A stretch of DNA of 59,724 bases, filler included, from 4 parts of 4 records of this genome joined end to end with filler, not necessarily neighbours in it; one strand, 5' to 3'; shown: positions 21,025-30,331, counted from the whole stretch's first letter. A program made the numbers and translations. Notes: generated by a model from the sequence alone, not told the origin.

Positions 21025-21734
21025 CAATTCACTCCTTTGGCGTATGTTGGAATGCCGGTTAACTTCTGGATTTCTTCAACAAAAAAGCCGGGGTTCCCGT
21101 TCTGTCCACTGATATGGATCAGATGAATCTCCCGGCATTTGGACAAATCATTTGCCTCAAAAAACGCTTTGACGTTTGCTATGCTAAAATGACTCGTTTT
21201 TATCCTGTTTCGATGTGACGGATGTATTGCCCCATTCCTTATATTTTCGGCCAAAATATCATCACAATAGTTGCACTCAACGGCAAAAATATTCACCCCG
21301 GAAAACACATATTTTGAGTAATAGCTGTCTGTGATATAAAGTAATTTATCCCCATAATCGCTATGGATCAAAAAACCATGATTCTGAACATCGTGTTGAA
21401 GCGGAAAAGGCAGGACCGTGAACGGCCCCACCCTGAATTGTTCTTTTCCTGTGAAATTCTTTACCCGGTGGCCGGCAAGGCCCGGAATTTCAACCTGGGT
21501 TGTTTCTGACACCCAAACATCCACCCCGGCTTTGGCCATGTCCATAGCAGCTTTGCAATGGTCCTTGTGGGAATGGGTGACCAGGCACCCGGCAACCTGG
21601 GAGAGTTTAAAGTTGAAGGCCTGCCGGATTTTCCGGAAATTGATACCGCATTCTATTATCAGAACAGCATCGCCGTCTGTGATTTGGTAACAGTTCCCCG
21701 ATGATCCGGTAGCGTGGGTAATGATTTTTATCAT
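21024..21734 (-). CDS. MBL-fold metallo-hydrolase (phage type)
   Basis: TGSSGNCY, THSHKDH, PLQHDV, YITDS, VECNY, HLIHIS. Confidence 0.92.
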   Translation of the reverse strand: MIKIITHATGSSGNCYQITDGDAVLIIECGINFRKIRQAFNFKLSQVAGCLVTHSHKDHCKAAMDMAKAGVDVWVSETTQVEIPGLAGHRVKNFTGKEQFRVGPFTVLPFPLQHDVQNHGFLIHSDYGDKLLYITDSYYSKYVFSGVNIFAVECNYCDDILAENIRNGAIHPSHRNRIKTSHFSIANVKAFFEANDLSKCREIHLIHISGQNGNPGFFVEEIQKLTGIPTYAKGVN

Positions 21735-21737
21735 GAT

Positions 21738-22421
21738 TTACGCAGCTTTTATGTTTTCAAGCGCCATACAGTCTTTACACTCTTTATTAATGGCAGGAAT
21801 AGCCCCGAAAACAATAGCTGCTGCTATATCAAGAAGATCCCGGACGATCATGTCATTTTTCTTGATAAGAAGTGTATGAGCAGAGAAAGGCATATAAAAA
21901 CGTTCTGCATCAACACTTTTTTCGCCAGGATCAGTAACCGGTTCACAGTATATCAAAGGAAGTTCGGGTCTGACTGTATTACCAAAACCTTCTTCTATCC
22001 ATGCATAAAAATTTAACTGGGCATCATACATGGGAAGAAGCTTGTCCTGGTTCTTGGTATATCTCGCTGTCTTATAATCAACAATAATGCGGGACTGGTC
22101 ATCACATTCGAACATATCATCTACCATGCCGGAGACAGTTATCCCGGTCTTTTCATCTTTCCTGAAAAATTTTGACCAATGAAGGGTTTTCAAATATCTA
22201 CTTGCATCAGATATTTCAGGAATCCAGACCGGCGGCTTCCCAGTCGTATCAAACACATGATGAACAACTTTCTTGGTATAGGCATCAATAGAAGAAAAGA
22301 TCCCGGGGAAAATCTGCCATGGCAGAGATTTAACGTTGTTTTTTATCCAGAAGCATCTGGGGCATGCATCCGGCATTGCAAGGGCGCCAAGATTTTTGGC
22401 TGAAATTTTAATTTCTGACAT
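21738..22421 (-). CDS. PD-(D/E)XK exonuclease, Cas4/RecB-like
   Basis: CPRCFW, GMVDD...IVDYKT, QLNFY, C-terminal CKDC. Confidence 0.85.
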   Translation of the reverse strand: MSEIKISAKNLGALAMPDACPRCFWIKNNVKSLPWQIFPGIFSSIDAYTKKVVHHVFDTTGKPPVWIPEISDASRYLKTLHWSKFFRKDEKTGITVSGMVDDMFECDDQSRIIVDYKTARYTKNQDKLLPMYDAQLNFYAWIEEGFGNTVRPELPLIYCEPVTDPGEKSVDAERFYMPFSAHTLLIKKNDMIVRDLLDIAAAIVFGAIPAINKECKDCMALENIKAA

Positions 22422-22426
22422 TAGTT

Positions 22427-22720
22427 TTATCCTTTCTGGTGCATCACACCATGGTATAGAGAAACACGTTTTTCCATTAACCGGATCATAAGGGGCTCAA
22501 GAAGACCTTGGGGTAAGGCCCCCAAAAGTGCATCTGCAAGCTGGTCGGCTTTGGATTTGTTCCATATTTCGTGTAGGAAAAGATCGCAGCCAACCATTCC
22601 TTCTTCTTTTTTTATGTCACTGATTAGCTGGCTTATTTCGATGATCACAGGTTCTGGTTGCCTGAAGCCATCCGGCATTGGGTCTGCCATGGGGATTGAG
22701 ATTGTATTCATACTCTCCAC
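22427..22720 (-). CDS. Hypothetical phage protein
   Basis: ORF fills the gap between two co-oriented genes with almost no intergenic space. Confidence 0.6.
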   Translation of the reverse strand: MESMNTISIPMADPMPDGFRQPEPVIIEISQLISDIKKEEGMVGCDLFLHEIWNKSKADQLADALLGALPQGLLEPLMIRLMEKRVSLYHGVMHQKG

Positions 22721-23518
22721 CTAAAATCCAGGCCCGTCAACCTGCGACATCTGTGCCTCAGCTTCAGCCCGTTCCTGCACTTTAATTTCTGCTTTTTCGG
22801 CATCGGTCATGCCGTCGGGGCCGGGTCGTTCTTGGGGGGCAACGTCCTGTTTTTCAACATCACTTGAGGGGTCCTTTTCGGGCGTGATGTCAATGGGTTC
22901 TTGATTGGCGTTGGCCTCGACCTCCTGTGCCACCGCCTGGTCTGGGGTTACATCAATCACCTCGCCCATATCGTGCAACTCTTCCGGAGTGTGCAGCCCC
23001 ATGGTGGTTTCCGGGGAATACAGCCGGATAAAAAAGGCTGCGGCTCGGTATCTAAGCATCAACTCCGGCAAGGTTTTCCATTTTGACCCACTTTTGCTGT
23101 ACCAGCCTTCGGCCTTGGCCATGGCAATGGATACGGGCGGACCATCAACAACCTCTTTAGTTGCAAGATCAGTTGCATACGCGATGCATTGCTGTGCATC
23201 ACCAGAGCCTGACATTTTATATTTAAGCGGAGAGAATTGGCCGCCCTTGTTGAACAGGGCAATCTGCAGCTGGGTTTCAATAGCCGGTTTGCCGTGAATG
23301 ACATACATTTTTTGCATAGCCATGAAGGGGTCTATCCCGGCCCTGTGAGCATAATTGAGGGCGATTACGCAGTTGCCGATATTTTCCCGGAAATGCTGGG
23401 GAACCATGGTGGACGCAGCCAGCATCTGGCTGACCCTCTGGGCGTGTTCAAAAGCTGCCGTGTCAAACAATAGAGAGTTGTTGGAAACAACGACTGCTTT
23501 GTTATTTTCGGTTGTCAT
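22721..23518 (-). CDS. RecT/Red-beta-like single-strand annealing protein
   Basis: STMVPQHFR...NCVIAL, MQKMYVIHGKP, MAKAEGW..K.GSKWKTLPELMLRYRAAAFF; acidic tail ending in F. Confidence 0.8.
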   Translation of the reverse strand: MTTENNKAVVVSNNSLLFDTAAFEHAQRVSQMLAASTMVPQHFRENIGNCVIALNYAHRAGIDPFMAMQKMYVIHGKPAIETQLQIALFNKGGQFSPLKYKMSGSGDAQQCIAYATDLATKEVVDGPPVSIAMAKAEGWYSKSGSKWKTLPELMLRYRAAAFFIRLYSPETTMGLHTPEELHDMGEVIDVTPDQAVAQEVEANANQEPIDITPEKDPSSDVEKQDVAPQERPGPDGMTDAEKAEIKVQERAEAEAQMSQVDGPGF

Positions 23519-23528
23519 GTTCTTTCTC

Positions 23529-23729
23529 CTAATCGTTTTTAAGTGCGGTTCTGATAGCGCCTGTTTTTAAGGCAGAGGCAACGGTTCTGAATTGCATGCT
23601 TTCGATCCAACCCCTATGTTGAGTCTTCCCTCTTAGATAAATGAACTGATCGGTTTCCATGGTTTTCACAATGGCGTCCATTGTGAGGATTTTCTCACCT
23701 GGTTTGTATTTGCGTTTATAGCCTCCCAT
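23529..23729 (-). CDS. Small hypothetical phage protein
   Basis: 66-aa ORF translationally coupled to the ATPase stop (TAATG). Confidence 0.6.
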   Translation of the reverse strand: MGGYKRKYKPGEKILTMDAIVKTMETDQFIYLRGKTQHRGWIESMQFRTVASALKTGAIRTALKND

Positions 23730-25654
23730 TAGGATGCCTCACGGATTTCTGTTTTTGATACGGTCAATGCTTCATGACCAGACACATACAACCCTATGAC
23801 CTGGGAAGGTGTTTCTTCTAATTCATTTACGGATTCAGCATTATCGAAAAAAATTGGCCCACGGAACTGGAAATATTCGGAAAGAGTATTAATGATGTCA
23901 ACCCCCACATTCACCCGGGCAGCATTGTTGAGCCCTTTATCGAAAGGCACCCCCTGATAAAGAATCTCACAAGTTTCTTTTAAGCCGCCGTTGATTTGTT
24001 CGTCGAACATTTTAAACCGGGCCAGTTTAAACCTGGAATTAATAGAACCTTCCAAAAGCTCAACTTTCCGGCGAATAAATGTTTCAGTGAGGAACAGCTC
24101 TTTTTCCAAGGCTTCGTACTCTGCCGCCAGGGCCTTTTCCTGTTTTTCAAGATCCGCAATCCGGATACGCGCCTTTTCTGCGGCATTATATTCAGCCTGG
24201 GCCTTGCTCAAGACATCAAGTTCTTTCTGGGCGGCTTCTATCTGTTCTTTGATGTCACGCTCCCGGATACCAGAACCATTTTTAAGGGCCTTAATTTCAT
24301 TCTCCAGCCCGGCTTTTTTCTGTTCCAGCTCGTCGGTATCGGCCTTGGCTGCGCCGTGACTATCAAGATCATGCCGTTTAGCTGCCAAGGCTTCATCAAG
24401 TCCCTGTATATGCTTTGACAATATATCGATTTCCGCTTTTGCCTCGGCGATGGATTTGGCCCGTGTTTCGATCCCGGCTTTAAGCTGCTTTCCTTCCTGG
24501 TTGATTTTTTCCAGACGCTGCGCTTTGGCTTTGTTGAAGGCTTTGGTGGCGTTTTCAATTTGATCGGGGGGTAATTCCTGCCCGCATGTTGGGCATGTTG
24601 CGTCTTTTGGCGACTGTTTGCCGTTTTCCTGGTGCCATTCATCCCGGACTTTGGCAATGGCTTCATTTGCCATAACGCTCCGCTTTTCGTCCTGGGCTAA
24701 ACCATCTTTTAAGGATTCGGCCTTATTGGCCTTTTCCCGCCTCTCTTTTTCAAAGGCGTCAATGGCATCAAGGAAAGGCTTTTTCCCTTCCCTGTTAAGT
24801 TCGTCCACTCTGGCACGTTCTTTCAAAATAGCGGCATTGACTTCGTTCAGCTCAACCCGTTTAGCAGATAAGGTCTCATTATTCCGTTCCTGGGCGAGCT
24901 TATCCTGTATGTCTGCTATTTTTTTATCCAGCAACCCTTTTTCTTTTTGATCGGGGGCTGTGGCATCCTTAACCATCTCCTGATTTTCAGCGATACGGGC
25001 CGGAATTTCTTTTAATTTTTCATTGATTTTTTTCTGCTGAGATCTTACCTTTAGCCTGTGATCATCAACTGTGCAGTTGGCAAGGATGTTAGATAGTGAG
25101 GTAAGTTCATTCTCTGACTTGATAACATCCTGATCACTGATATCTCCGCATATTTCCAGCAACAGATCCCGCCGGCCGGTCCAGTGCAGTGCAGCAAACT
25201 CATATGGATTGGTGACCAGTTTAAATGCGTTGATGTCTATCAACTCGCCGATCCGTATGGCATATTTCCCGGCAGCGATAGGCACCCCATCAACAAAGTG
25301 TTCGGTTGTGTGGCCTTCCATCTGCTCAGCGGCAACGCCTCTTTTCTTTGTCCACTTTTCTTTGTAGAGCTTCATTAAAGTGACGGTTTTTCCATCAACA
25401 TCAAGTGTGGCCTCAACTTCCGTTTCCAGGCGGTGAATCTCCTGGCCACCATCGGATACGGGTTTAAGCTGGAAATCGGCCTTGCCCCGGGAGTCTTTTC
25501 CGAATAGCAGATAAGAGAAGGCATCTTGAATGGTGGTTTTACCTGATGCGTTTTTCCCGTAAACATTGGCGCTTTGACCGCTTGGTTCAAAGGTGAAATT
25601 TTTCACTCCCTTAAAATTCTTAATCCTTAGTTTATTGATCGCCACAGTTTTCAT
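23729..25654 (-). CDS. Rad50/SbcC-like coiled-coil ATPase
   Basis: IKNFKG, Walker A GKNASGKTT, long coiled coil with central CPTCGQ hook, C-terminal IFFDNAES Walker B. Confidence 0.9.
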   Translation of the reverse strand: MKTVAINKLRIKNFKGVKNFTFEPSGQSANVYGKNASGKTTIQDAFSYLLFGKDSRGKADFQLKPVSDGGQEIHRLETEVEATLDVDGKTVTLMKLYKEKWTKKRGVAAEQMEGHTTEHFVDGVPIAAGKYAIRIGELIDINAFKLVTNPYEFAALHWTGRRDLLLEICGDISDQDVIKSENELTSLSNILANCTVDDHRLKVRSQQKKINEKLKEIPARIAENQEMVKDATAPDQKEKGLLDKKIADIQDKLAQERNNETLSAKRVELNEVNAAILKERARVDELNREGKKPFLDAIDAFEKERREKANKAESLKDGLAQDEKRSVMANEAIAKVRDEWHQENGKQSPKDATCPTCGQELPPDQIENATKAFNKAKAQRLEKINQEGKQLKAGIETRAKSIAEAKAEIDILSKHIQGLDEALAAKRHDLDSHGAAKADTDELEQKKAGLENEIKALKNGSGIRERDIKEQIEAAQKELDVLSKAQAEYNAAEKARIRIADLEKQEKALAAEYEALEKELFLTETFIRRKVELLEGSINSRFKLARFKMFDEQINGGLKETCEILYQGVPFDKGLNNAARVNVGVDIINTLSEYFQFRGPIFFDNAESVNELEETPSQVIGLYVSGHEALTVSKTEIREAS

Positions 25655-25655
25655 T

Positions 25656-25778
25656 TTAGTCCTCCTGTTCTACGTCAAGCCGTTCGTTCTCGGCTAAAGC
25701 AGTTTCGTGATCCAGATTAAAGTTTTCCTGCTGTACAACGTCGTACGCTTCGTCAAAACTCAATCGTTCGGTCTTCAT
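25656..25778 (-). CDS. 40-aa acidic hypothetical peptide
   Basis: AAAGGAG RBS then MKTERLSFDEAYDVVQQENFNLDHETALAENERLDVEQED. Confidence 0.5.
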   Translation of the reverse strand: MKTERLSFDEAYDVVQQENFNLDHETALAENERLDVEQED

Positions 25779-25791
25779 TGCTGCTCCTTTG

Positions 25792-26454
25792 TTATGTATT
25801 AATCGCTTCCAGTTTTTCATCCTCCAGCAGGGCCTGATCATCGGTACTGTCTTCAGGCGCAGCTGGGATACTGTCAGGAGAAAACATCTCCTGTTGAAAC
25901 TGAATGGGCTTTAAATGGCCGGTCATGTCTGACAGCCACCTTAGAATCTTGGGAACGATACTGTGCCCCCAAAGAGGAGTAACCCGGACCCGGATGAACT
26001 CCTGGTGAATGGCGTCCAGGCATTTAAAAAGTCTTTGGATCAGATATATCTTTTCCATGACCGCGCCTTCAATTTCATCGGGTGCGTTTGCTGGCCCAAT
26101 GGACGGGGCCTTGCTTATTTTCACTGCAAGATCTTCACTGGTAATTGAAAAGGAATAATCGTTTTCGCCTATGGAGAGATCAAGGCATATATCTTTAATT
26201 CGCCCACCCTCAGAGATAGCAATAGCCGCTGCCATCTGGCCGGGATCGTCGCTTTTGATCGTGATCCTTGATTTCGGCTTCTCGTTTTCAATTACGATGC
26301 CGCCGCTGAAATCGAAAGAGACCTTTTCATTTGGGAAAACCGCATTGTTAACGATGTCTGGGGTGATTTCGGATACCCACCATAGCCATAAAAGAAACTC
26401 ACTGCCAAGGAAGGCATACCGGTTAAATGCCGTTGCGATATCAATGCTGCTCAT
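25792..26454 (-). CDS. RdgC-associated partner protein (deltaproteobacterial split RdgC-like, second gene)
   Basis: AFLGSEFLLWLWW, EGAVMEKIYL motifs; ATGA-coupled to the upstream RdgC-like gene. Confidence 0.65.
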   Translation of the reverse strand: MSSIDIATAFNRYAFLGSEFLLWLWWVSEITPDIVNNAVFPNEKVSFDFSGGIVIENEKPKSRITIKSDDPGQMAAAIAISEGGRIKDICLDLSIGENDYSFSITSEDLAVKISKAPSIGPANAPDEIEGAVMEKIYLIQRLFKCLDAIHQEFIRVRVTPLWGHSIVPKILRWLSDMTGHLKPIQFQQEMFSPDSIPAAPEDSTDDQALLEDEKLEAINT

Positions 26455-27074
26455 GCGCATCTCCCTATGGCTATCGGGGCAGTCTCAGACACATAGTCAA
26501 TCAGGGGCGCATTGTCCCTGGCTGCCAATGTATACGGAAAAAGCTGGTAAATTTTGAATCCGAAAGATTGTAAGAAAAGGGTTTCAAAAAACTCGTTTGC
26601 TGCTTTCTGTGTGGAAAAAAATAAAACCGTTTTCTCCTCATAATCCCATACAATCTCATAAATCGACGGGACGAACGGAACCTTTTGTAAGAGCTGCTCC
26701 ATAACCATGGCTTTGAGCTCTGACCGTTCTGCAGAAGAGAGGAATTCTCGGTCAGTCTCGGCCAATTTTTCTTGAACGGCTATATCCAGCTGTTCGGCCA
26801 CCGCCTTTGCTGGCACGGTCTTCTTGTCGATCCTTAGCGAAAAAACAAAATGGGTACCGAAAATGAAGCTGTGTTTTTCGAAGTTCGGGTTATAAGGCCC
26901 TTCAAACGGCACCCAGCCAGCAACCACTTCATCATATTCGTTCTTTTCTGCAGGCATTTTGCCCTGGATAAGGCCGTTTCGGACATGCTCCATTACACTG
27001 TTCTCAAGAATTTCCAAACAGCTATCCGGAACATTGTACCGGACAACAGCCTGTGAATTTGATAATAGCGCCAT
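26451..27074 (-). CDS. Recombination-associated RdgC-like protein
   Basis: MALLS...VRY, GWVP, FSLRIDKKTVPAK, ELKAMVMEQLL, PSIYEIVW, FETLFLQSFG. Confidence 0.75.
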   Translation of the reverse strand: MALLSNSQAVVRYNVPDSCLEILENSVMEHVRNGLIQGKMPAEKNEYDEVVAGWVPFEGPYNPNFEKHSFIFGTHFVFSLRIDKKTVPAKAVAEQLDIAVQEKLAETDREFLSSAERSELKAMVMEQLLQKVPFVPSIYEIVWDYEEKTVLFFSTQKAANEFFETLFLQSFGFKIYQLFPYTLAARDNAPLIDYVSETAPIAIGRCA

Positions 27075-27092
27075 TGCATATACCTCCTTTGG

Positions 27093-27290
27093 TTAAATTT
27101 CGATCTCCACCGTGATTCTTATCTCCCCATCAGGCCCCTCATACCGCCGAAATCTGATGAAAGTTCCTTTCCCGAAAACACCGTCAAACCGCTGCCGGTA
27201 TTTCTTGACGCCTGGGGCATACCGCCCAAGGCTTTTGATGCACTTTGCATAAGCCCAGAAACTCTTAGTTTTTTGTCCATGTGTGGACAA
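27093..27290 (-). CDS. Small hypothetical phage protein
   Basis: 65-aa ORF with TTG start in the early operon. Confidence 0.45.
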   Translation of the reverse strand: MSTHGQKTKSFWAYAKCIKSLGRYAPGVKKYRQRFDGVFGKGTFIRFRRYEGPDGEIRITVEIEI

Positions 27291-27414
27291 TTTCTTTCTC
27301 CGTCGTCTTAGTCCGGTTACACTTAGGGCGGACCCAATCGTATTTGGTGATACCCTTATTGGGTTCGCGGGTGTAGCTGTAAATCTTCATCATTCGACCG
27401 CATTCGCATGTCAT
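27265..27414 (-). CDS. 49-aa hypothetical peptide
   Basis: MTCECGRMMKIYSY...RPKCNRTKT; ATGA-coupled to the upstream ORF. Confidence 0.4.
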   Translation of the reverse strand: MTCECGRMMKIYSYTREPNKGITKYDWVRPKCNRTKTTEKEIVHTWTKN

Positions 27415-27539
27415 AGAGTTAACCCCTTAGCCGCCGCCCAGGCACCCCAGTGGTGATAACACCAGGCATAGCCTATCCCGGCCATGAATATTGACCAACA
27501 CAGCCAGGTTGTGATTGTTTCGAGCGCATCTTTTTTCAT
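27411..27539 (-). CDS. 42-aa membrane peptide
   Basis: MKKDALETITTWLCWSIFMAGIGYAWCYHHWGAWAAAKGLTL; one hydrophobic helix. Overlaps the alternative ORF 27427-27711. Confidence 0.45.
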   Translation of the reverse strand: MKKDALETITTWLCWSIFMAGIGYAWCYHHWGAWAAAKGLTL

Positions 27540-27724
27540 TTTTCTTTCCCTTTTTCCTTTCAGCGCCCCGGCCGATCCGGGGCGCATAGGCTTGAAAGGA
27601 TCGTGTGATTAGCTCTCCCAAGTAATCCACATAGTCCTTCCGGTTTATGGTTGTTGCTCTTGCCGTTAACCGAGCCGCCCCAGATGTTGCTCCCGTCAGG
27701 GTTGTTTTCATCGAGCGGGCCAGT

Positions 27725-28207
27725 CTATTTATTCAATTGCTTTTCTTTCAGGTAAGCCTGATAACTCTCCTTGAGTTCATTCTCTGCTTTTCTAAACAAT
27801 TCGCTGACGATCACCTCATCATCAAGATTTATGGCCGACGTATGAAACTCTGCTATTACGGGAAGGTCATCTAAAAGCTCTTCTGGTAAAGAATCCTTGT
27901 CTGGAACGACGTCGTTACAACTCAAATTACACTTGACCACATGGGCTTGTCTGTCAGGGCCACCCATAGCAACATCATGTCTGCCCATTTCCATAAGATG
28001 GCGCAAAAGAGTCTCATACCTATCTAATGGGTTACGTTGCGACGATTCTGCAAAATCAGGATTACTTGCCCATCTTTGCACTTGCCTGGTGGAGACCCCA
28101 AAAACCTTTGCAATGAAACTCGCGCCGCCTTTTGATTTGAAAATTTCTATGCATGATGAGAAGAACTGCCAGGTCTCTACATGCGCTGTGGTCGTTTCCC
28201 TATTCAT
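27725..28207 (-). CDS. Phage regulatory protein, CII-like
   Basis: HTH-like IAKVFGVSTRQVQRW followed by RNPLDR; sits directly downstream of cro. Confidence 0.6.
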   Translation of the reverse strand: MNRETTTAHVETWQFFSSCIEIFKSKGGASFIAKVFGVSTRQVQRWASNPDFAESSQRNPLDRYETLLRHLMEMGRHDVAMGGPDRQAHVVKCNLSCNDVVPDKDSLPEELLDDLPVIAEFHTSAINLDDEVIVSELFRKAENELKESYQAYLKEKQLNK

Positions 28208-28265
28208 TACGTCCTTCTCTTTGACTGTATGCGTTGGTATTATTCATCATCATGCTCTTTGACAT

Positions 28266-28472
28266 TTAGGCTGCCTCAGAATGACTTAGTTGTTTAGCCA
28301 AACTTTTTTCAATCTCCCTTGGATTCATTTTAAGGAAGTCTGTCCAGTCTTGCTTACAGGCCATAGCAAATTTTTTTGCCGTTTTTTTACCGACATCCTT
28401 ATTGCCATTTAGAATGTCGCTTAGGTGACCGGGGGACATCTTTATTTTTTTTGCAATTTGGCTTCTATTCAT
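28266..28472 (-). CDS. Cro-like XRE HTH protein 1
   Basis: MNRSQIAKKIKMSPGHLSDILNG; divergent from the repressor gene. Confidence 0.85.
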   Translation of the reverse strand: MNRSQIAKKIKMSPGHLSDILNGNKDVGKKTAKKFAMACKQDWTDFLKMNPREIEKSLAKQLSHSEAA

Positions 28473-28489
28473 TTTTCACCTCATTTTTA

Positions 28490-28660
28490 TTCGAATTTAT
28501 CGAAGATTTTATTTGAAGTCAAGAATTTTTATTCGGTTTTTTCGAATAAATAAACCAAAAACACACACTCAAGATTCGAAAATATCGAATTTGCATTTTT
28601 TGATTAAAATATTGTTTTTTAAACTTAAACAATCTTGATTTATTGTTCGATTTTTGCGAA
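28490..28660. promoter_or_regulatory. Four operators TTCG-N7-CGAA with a leftward promoter
   Basis: Sites at 28490-28504, 28532-28546, 28575-28589 and 28646-28660. Minus-strand TTGACT(28522-28517)-17-TAAATT(28499-28494) overlaps the first site. Confidence 0.8.
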
Positions 28661-28669
28661 ATACAGCTT

Positions 28670-29107
28670 ATGAAAAACACGACAGAAGAATATTTTTACG
28701 CAGCTTTAAAGCATTGTTTTGCAACCAGCCCATTTAAGACCCAAAAAGATTTGGCAAAAGAAGCTGGGGTTGCCCTAAGCAGTATTAATGAAGCCTTTAA
28801 AGGGAAGAAAGCTGGGACCAAACTACAAGAAAAAATTGCAAAGGCTTTTGACTTTGAACTGGTTGACTTTCTTATGCAAGGCAAGATCTTGTCGTTGCCA
28901 GGTGGTGAAGCTAAAACAGAATTTCACGAGTTTGAAAAAACACCATACTCTCAAGAGGGTATAAATCAATTCAAAGATCCTAAATTTAGAAGCAAACTAA
29001 TACAGGATCTTACTGCAAAACTGAAAGACCTCGACACATCAAACCTTAAGGCTGCAAGCTTAATGATTAATAGCTTATGGGAAGATTGTGTTTCTACAAA
29101 GAGATGA
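28670..29107 (+). CDS. CI-like XRE HTH repressor 1 (no S24 peptidase domain evident)
   Basis: TQKDLAKEAGVALSSINE...KIAKAF HTH; divergent from cro; no Shine-Dalgarno before the ATG. Confidence 0.8.
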   Translation: MKNTTEEYFYAALKHCFATSPFKTQKDLAKEAGVALSSINEAFKGKKAGTKLQEKIAKAFDFELVDFLMQGKILSLPGGEAKTEFHEFEKTPYSQEGINQFKDPKFRSKLIQDLTAKLKDLDTSNLKAASLMINSLWEDCVSTKR

Positions 29108-29239
29108 TTATCATCTTTACACAAAAATCTAATTGAACAAATTGTCAAAGAGCGAGGGTCAGTCCGGGTTAATGGTTGGTCGCCTGCCGGGCTGGCCTGA
29201 TAAAAAAACTCACAAGATCATCTCAATTGGAGAAAAAAA

Positions 29240-29776
29240 ATGGCAATTGAAACCTTCATTGCAGCAGCAGCGTCCGCCGTGGCAACAGCAGATTCCCTTT
29301 CTAATCTTGTCGAAAAATTCAAAGGAAAAGGGAAGGCTATTGGCGGTGATCTTGAAGACCTTCACAATGAAATAAGAAGGATTAAAGGCGATGTACTTGA
29401 GTCGAGAATACAACATGCAAAAATACTTGAAGAAAACGCTGCCCTGAAAAATGAAATTGCGAGGCTTAAAAAATGGCATTCCGACAAAGAAGATTATGAA
29501 CCAGCGACCGTGTCTCCCGGCGTTTCCGTCTATATTAAAAAAGGATCTGATATTAGAGATACGTGGTACTGTCCGAAATGCCTTGACGACTACAAAAAAC
29601 TGTCTTTTATTTCTCTCGGCCAAGCATTTTCCATTAGAGATGAAGAAGAAGTTAAATATAGCTGCAGCAGCTGCTCGGTTAAATTTCTTGTTAATAGAAC
29701 TATCCATCAGCGCCGAGTGGACTTTTTTAGAGAGAATCATTTTGACCAGTACGACCCGCCTCAACCAGCGCGTTGA
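29240..29776 (+). CDS. Hypothetical coiled-coil + Zn-ribbon protein
   Basis: GGAG RBS; coiled coil, then YCPKC...CSSC. Confidence 0.75.
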   Translation: MAIETFIAAAASAVATADSLSNLVEKFKGKGKAIGGDLEDLHNEIRRIKGDVLESRIQHAKILEENAALKNEIARLKKWHSDKEDYEPATVSPGVSVYIKKGSDIRDTWYCPKCLDDYKKLSFISLGQAFSIRDEEEVKYSCSSCSVKFLVNRTIHQRRVDFFRENHFDQYDPPQPAR

Positions 29777-29939
29777 GCGCATCGTAAACGTTCGCCAAAG
29801 GAGTGTCTTTGAATTCAGCAAATTCCTTCTTGCACTCAATTGCCATGGATAAAACGTTGCAGTTCGTTTTTTTGGTTGAGGTATTGGTGAATATTGATAA
29901 TGAAAAATCACTTGGAAAATCGATGATATGCTCATTCAT
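29727..29939 (-). CDS. Small hypothetical protein
   Basis: AGGAGG RBS before ATG 29939 (MNEHIIDFPS...); converges on and overlaps the previous gene. Confidence 0.5.
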   Translation of the reverse strand: MNEHIIDFPSDFSLSIFTNTSTKKTNCNVLSMAIECKKEFAEFKDTPLANVYDALNALVEAGRTGQNDSL

Positions 29940-30114
29940 ACTACCTCCTGCAAGTCGGTTAATAGTTGTTAGGTTGGTTGGGCGCCGATACATTCCCCAT
30001 GGCCTACCGCCACGGAAACAAACAATCTTCCTTTTTTTATTTTGTGCTGCCTAAATCCAGTGAATCTGTAACATGGGCCCTCTCGGCGTGGGTTAGGCGT
30101 GGTTCGATTTTTCA

Positions 30115-30324
30115 TCATGCCACCTCTTCCTGTTGGAGTTGCGCGAAGGCTTGTTTAAGCTCATCAGGCGTTGCTTTTTTCCACTGCTGAATTGTGCGGC
30201 CTGGGAATAATTCTGTCAGGCGCTCGGCTAAGGGCCAGGAGACTGGACGCTGCTCTTTAAGGAGCATGCAGAGGTATTGCCTTGTGATGCCAAGAGTGCT
30301 TGATATTTGTTTTCTGTTGATCAT
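30115..30324 (-). CDS. Cro-like HTH protein 2
   Basis: MINRKQISSTLGITRQYLCMLL...VSWPLAERL; same length and termini as Cro 1. Confidence 0.75.
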   Translation of the reverse strand: MINRKQISSTLGITRQYLCMLLKEQRPVSWPLAERLTELFPGRTIQQWKKATPDELKQAFAQLQQEEVA

Positions 30325-30331
30325 GGCGTTG

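Noticed and set aside
21738-22421. Cas4-like nuclease as evidence for a CRISPR system
   Set aside because: No array or other cas genes in the window; the context is a phage recombination module.
27427-27711. 94-aa minus-strand ORF
   Set aside because: Its 3' half overlaps a better-coupled 42-aa membrane ORF in another frame. It cannot be resolved from sequence alone, so it was not called.
29210-29935. 241-aa minus-strand ORF
   Set aside because: Antisense to the 29240-29776 gene, which has an RBS and paired Cys motifs.
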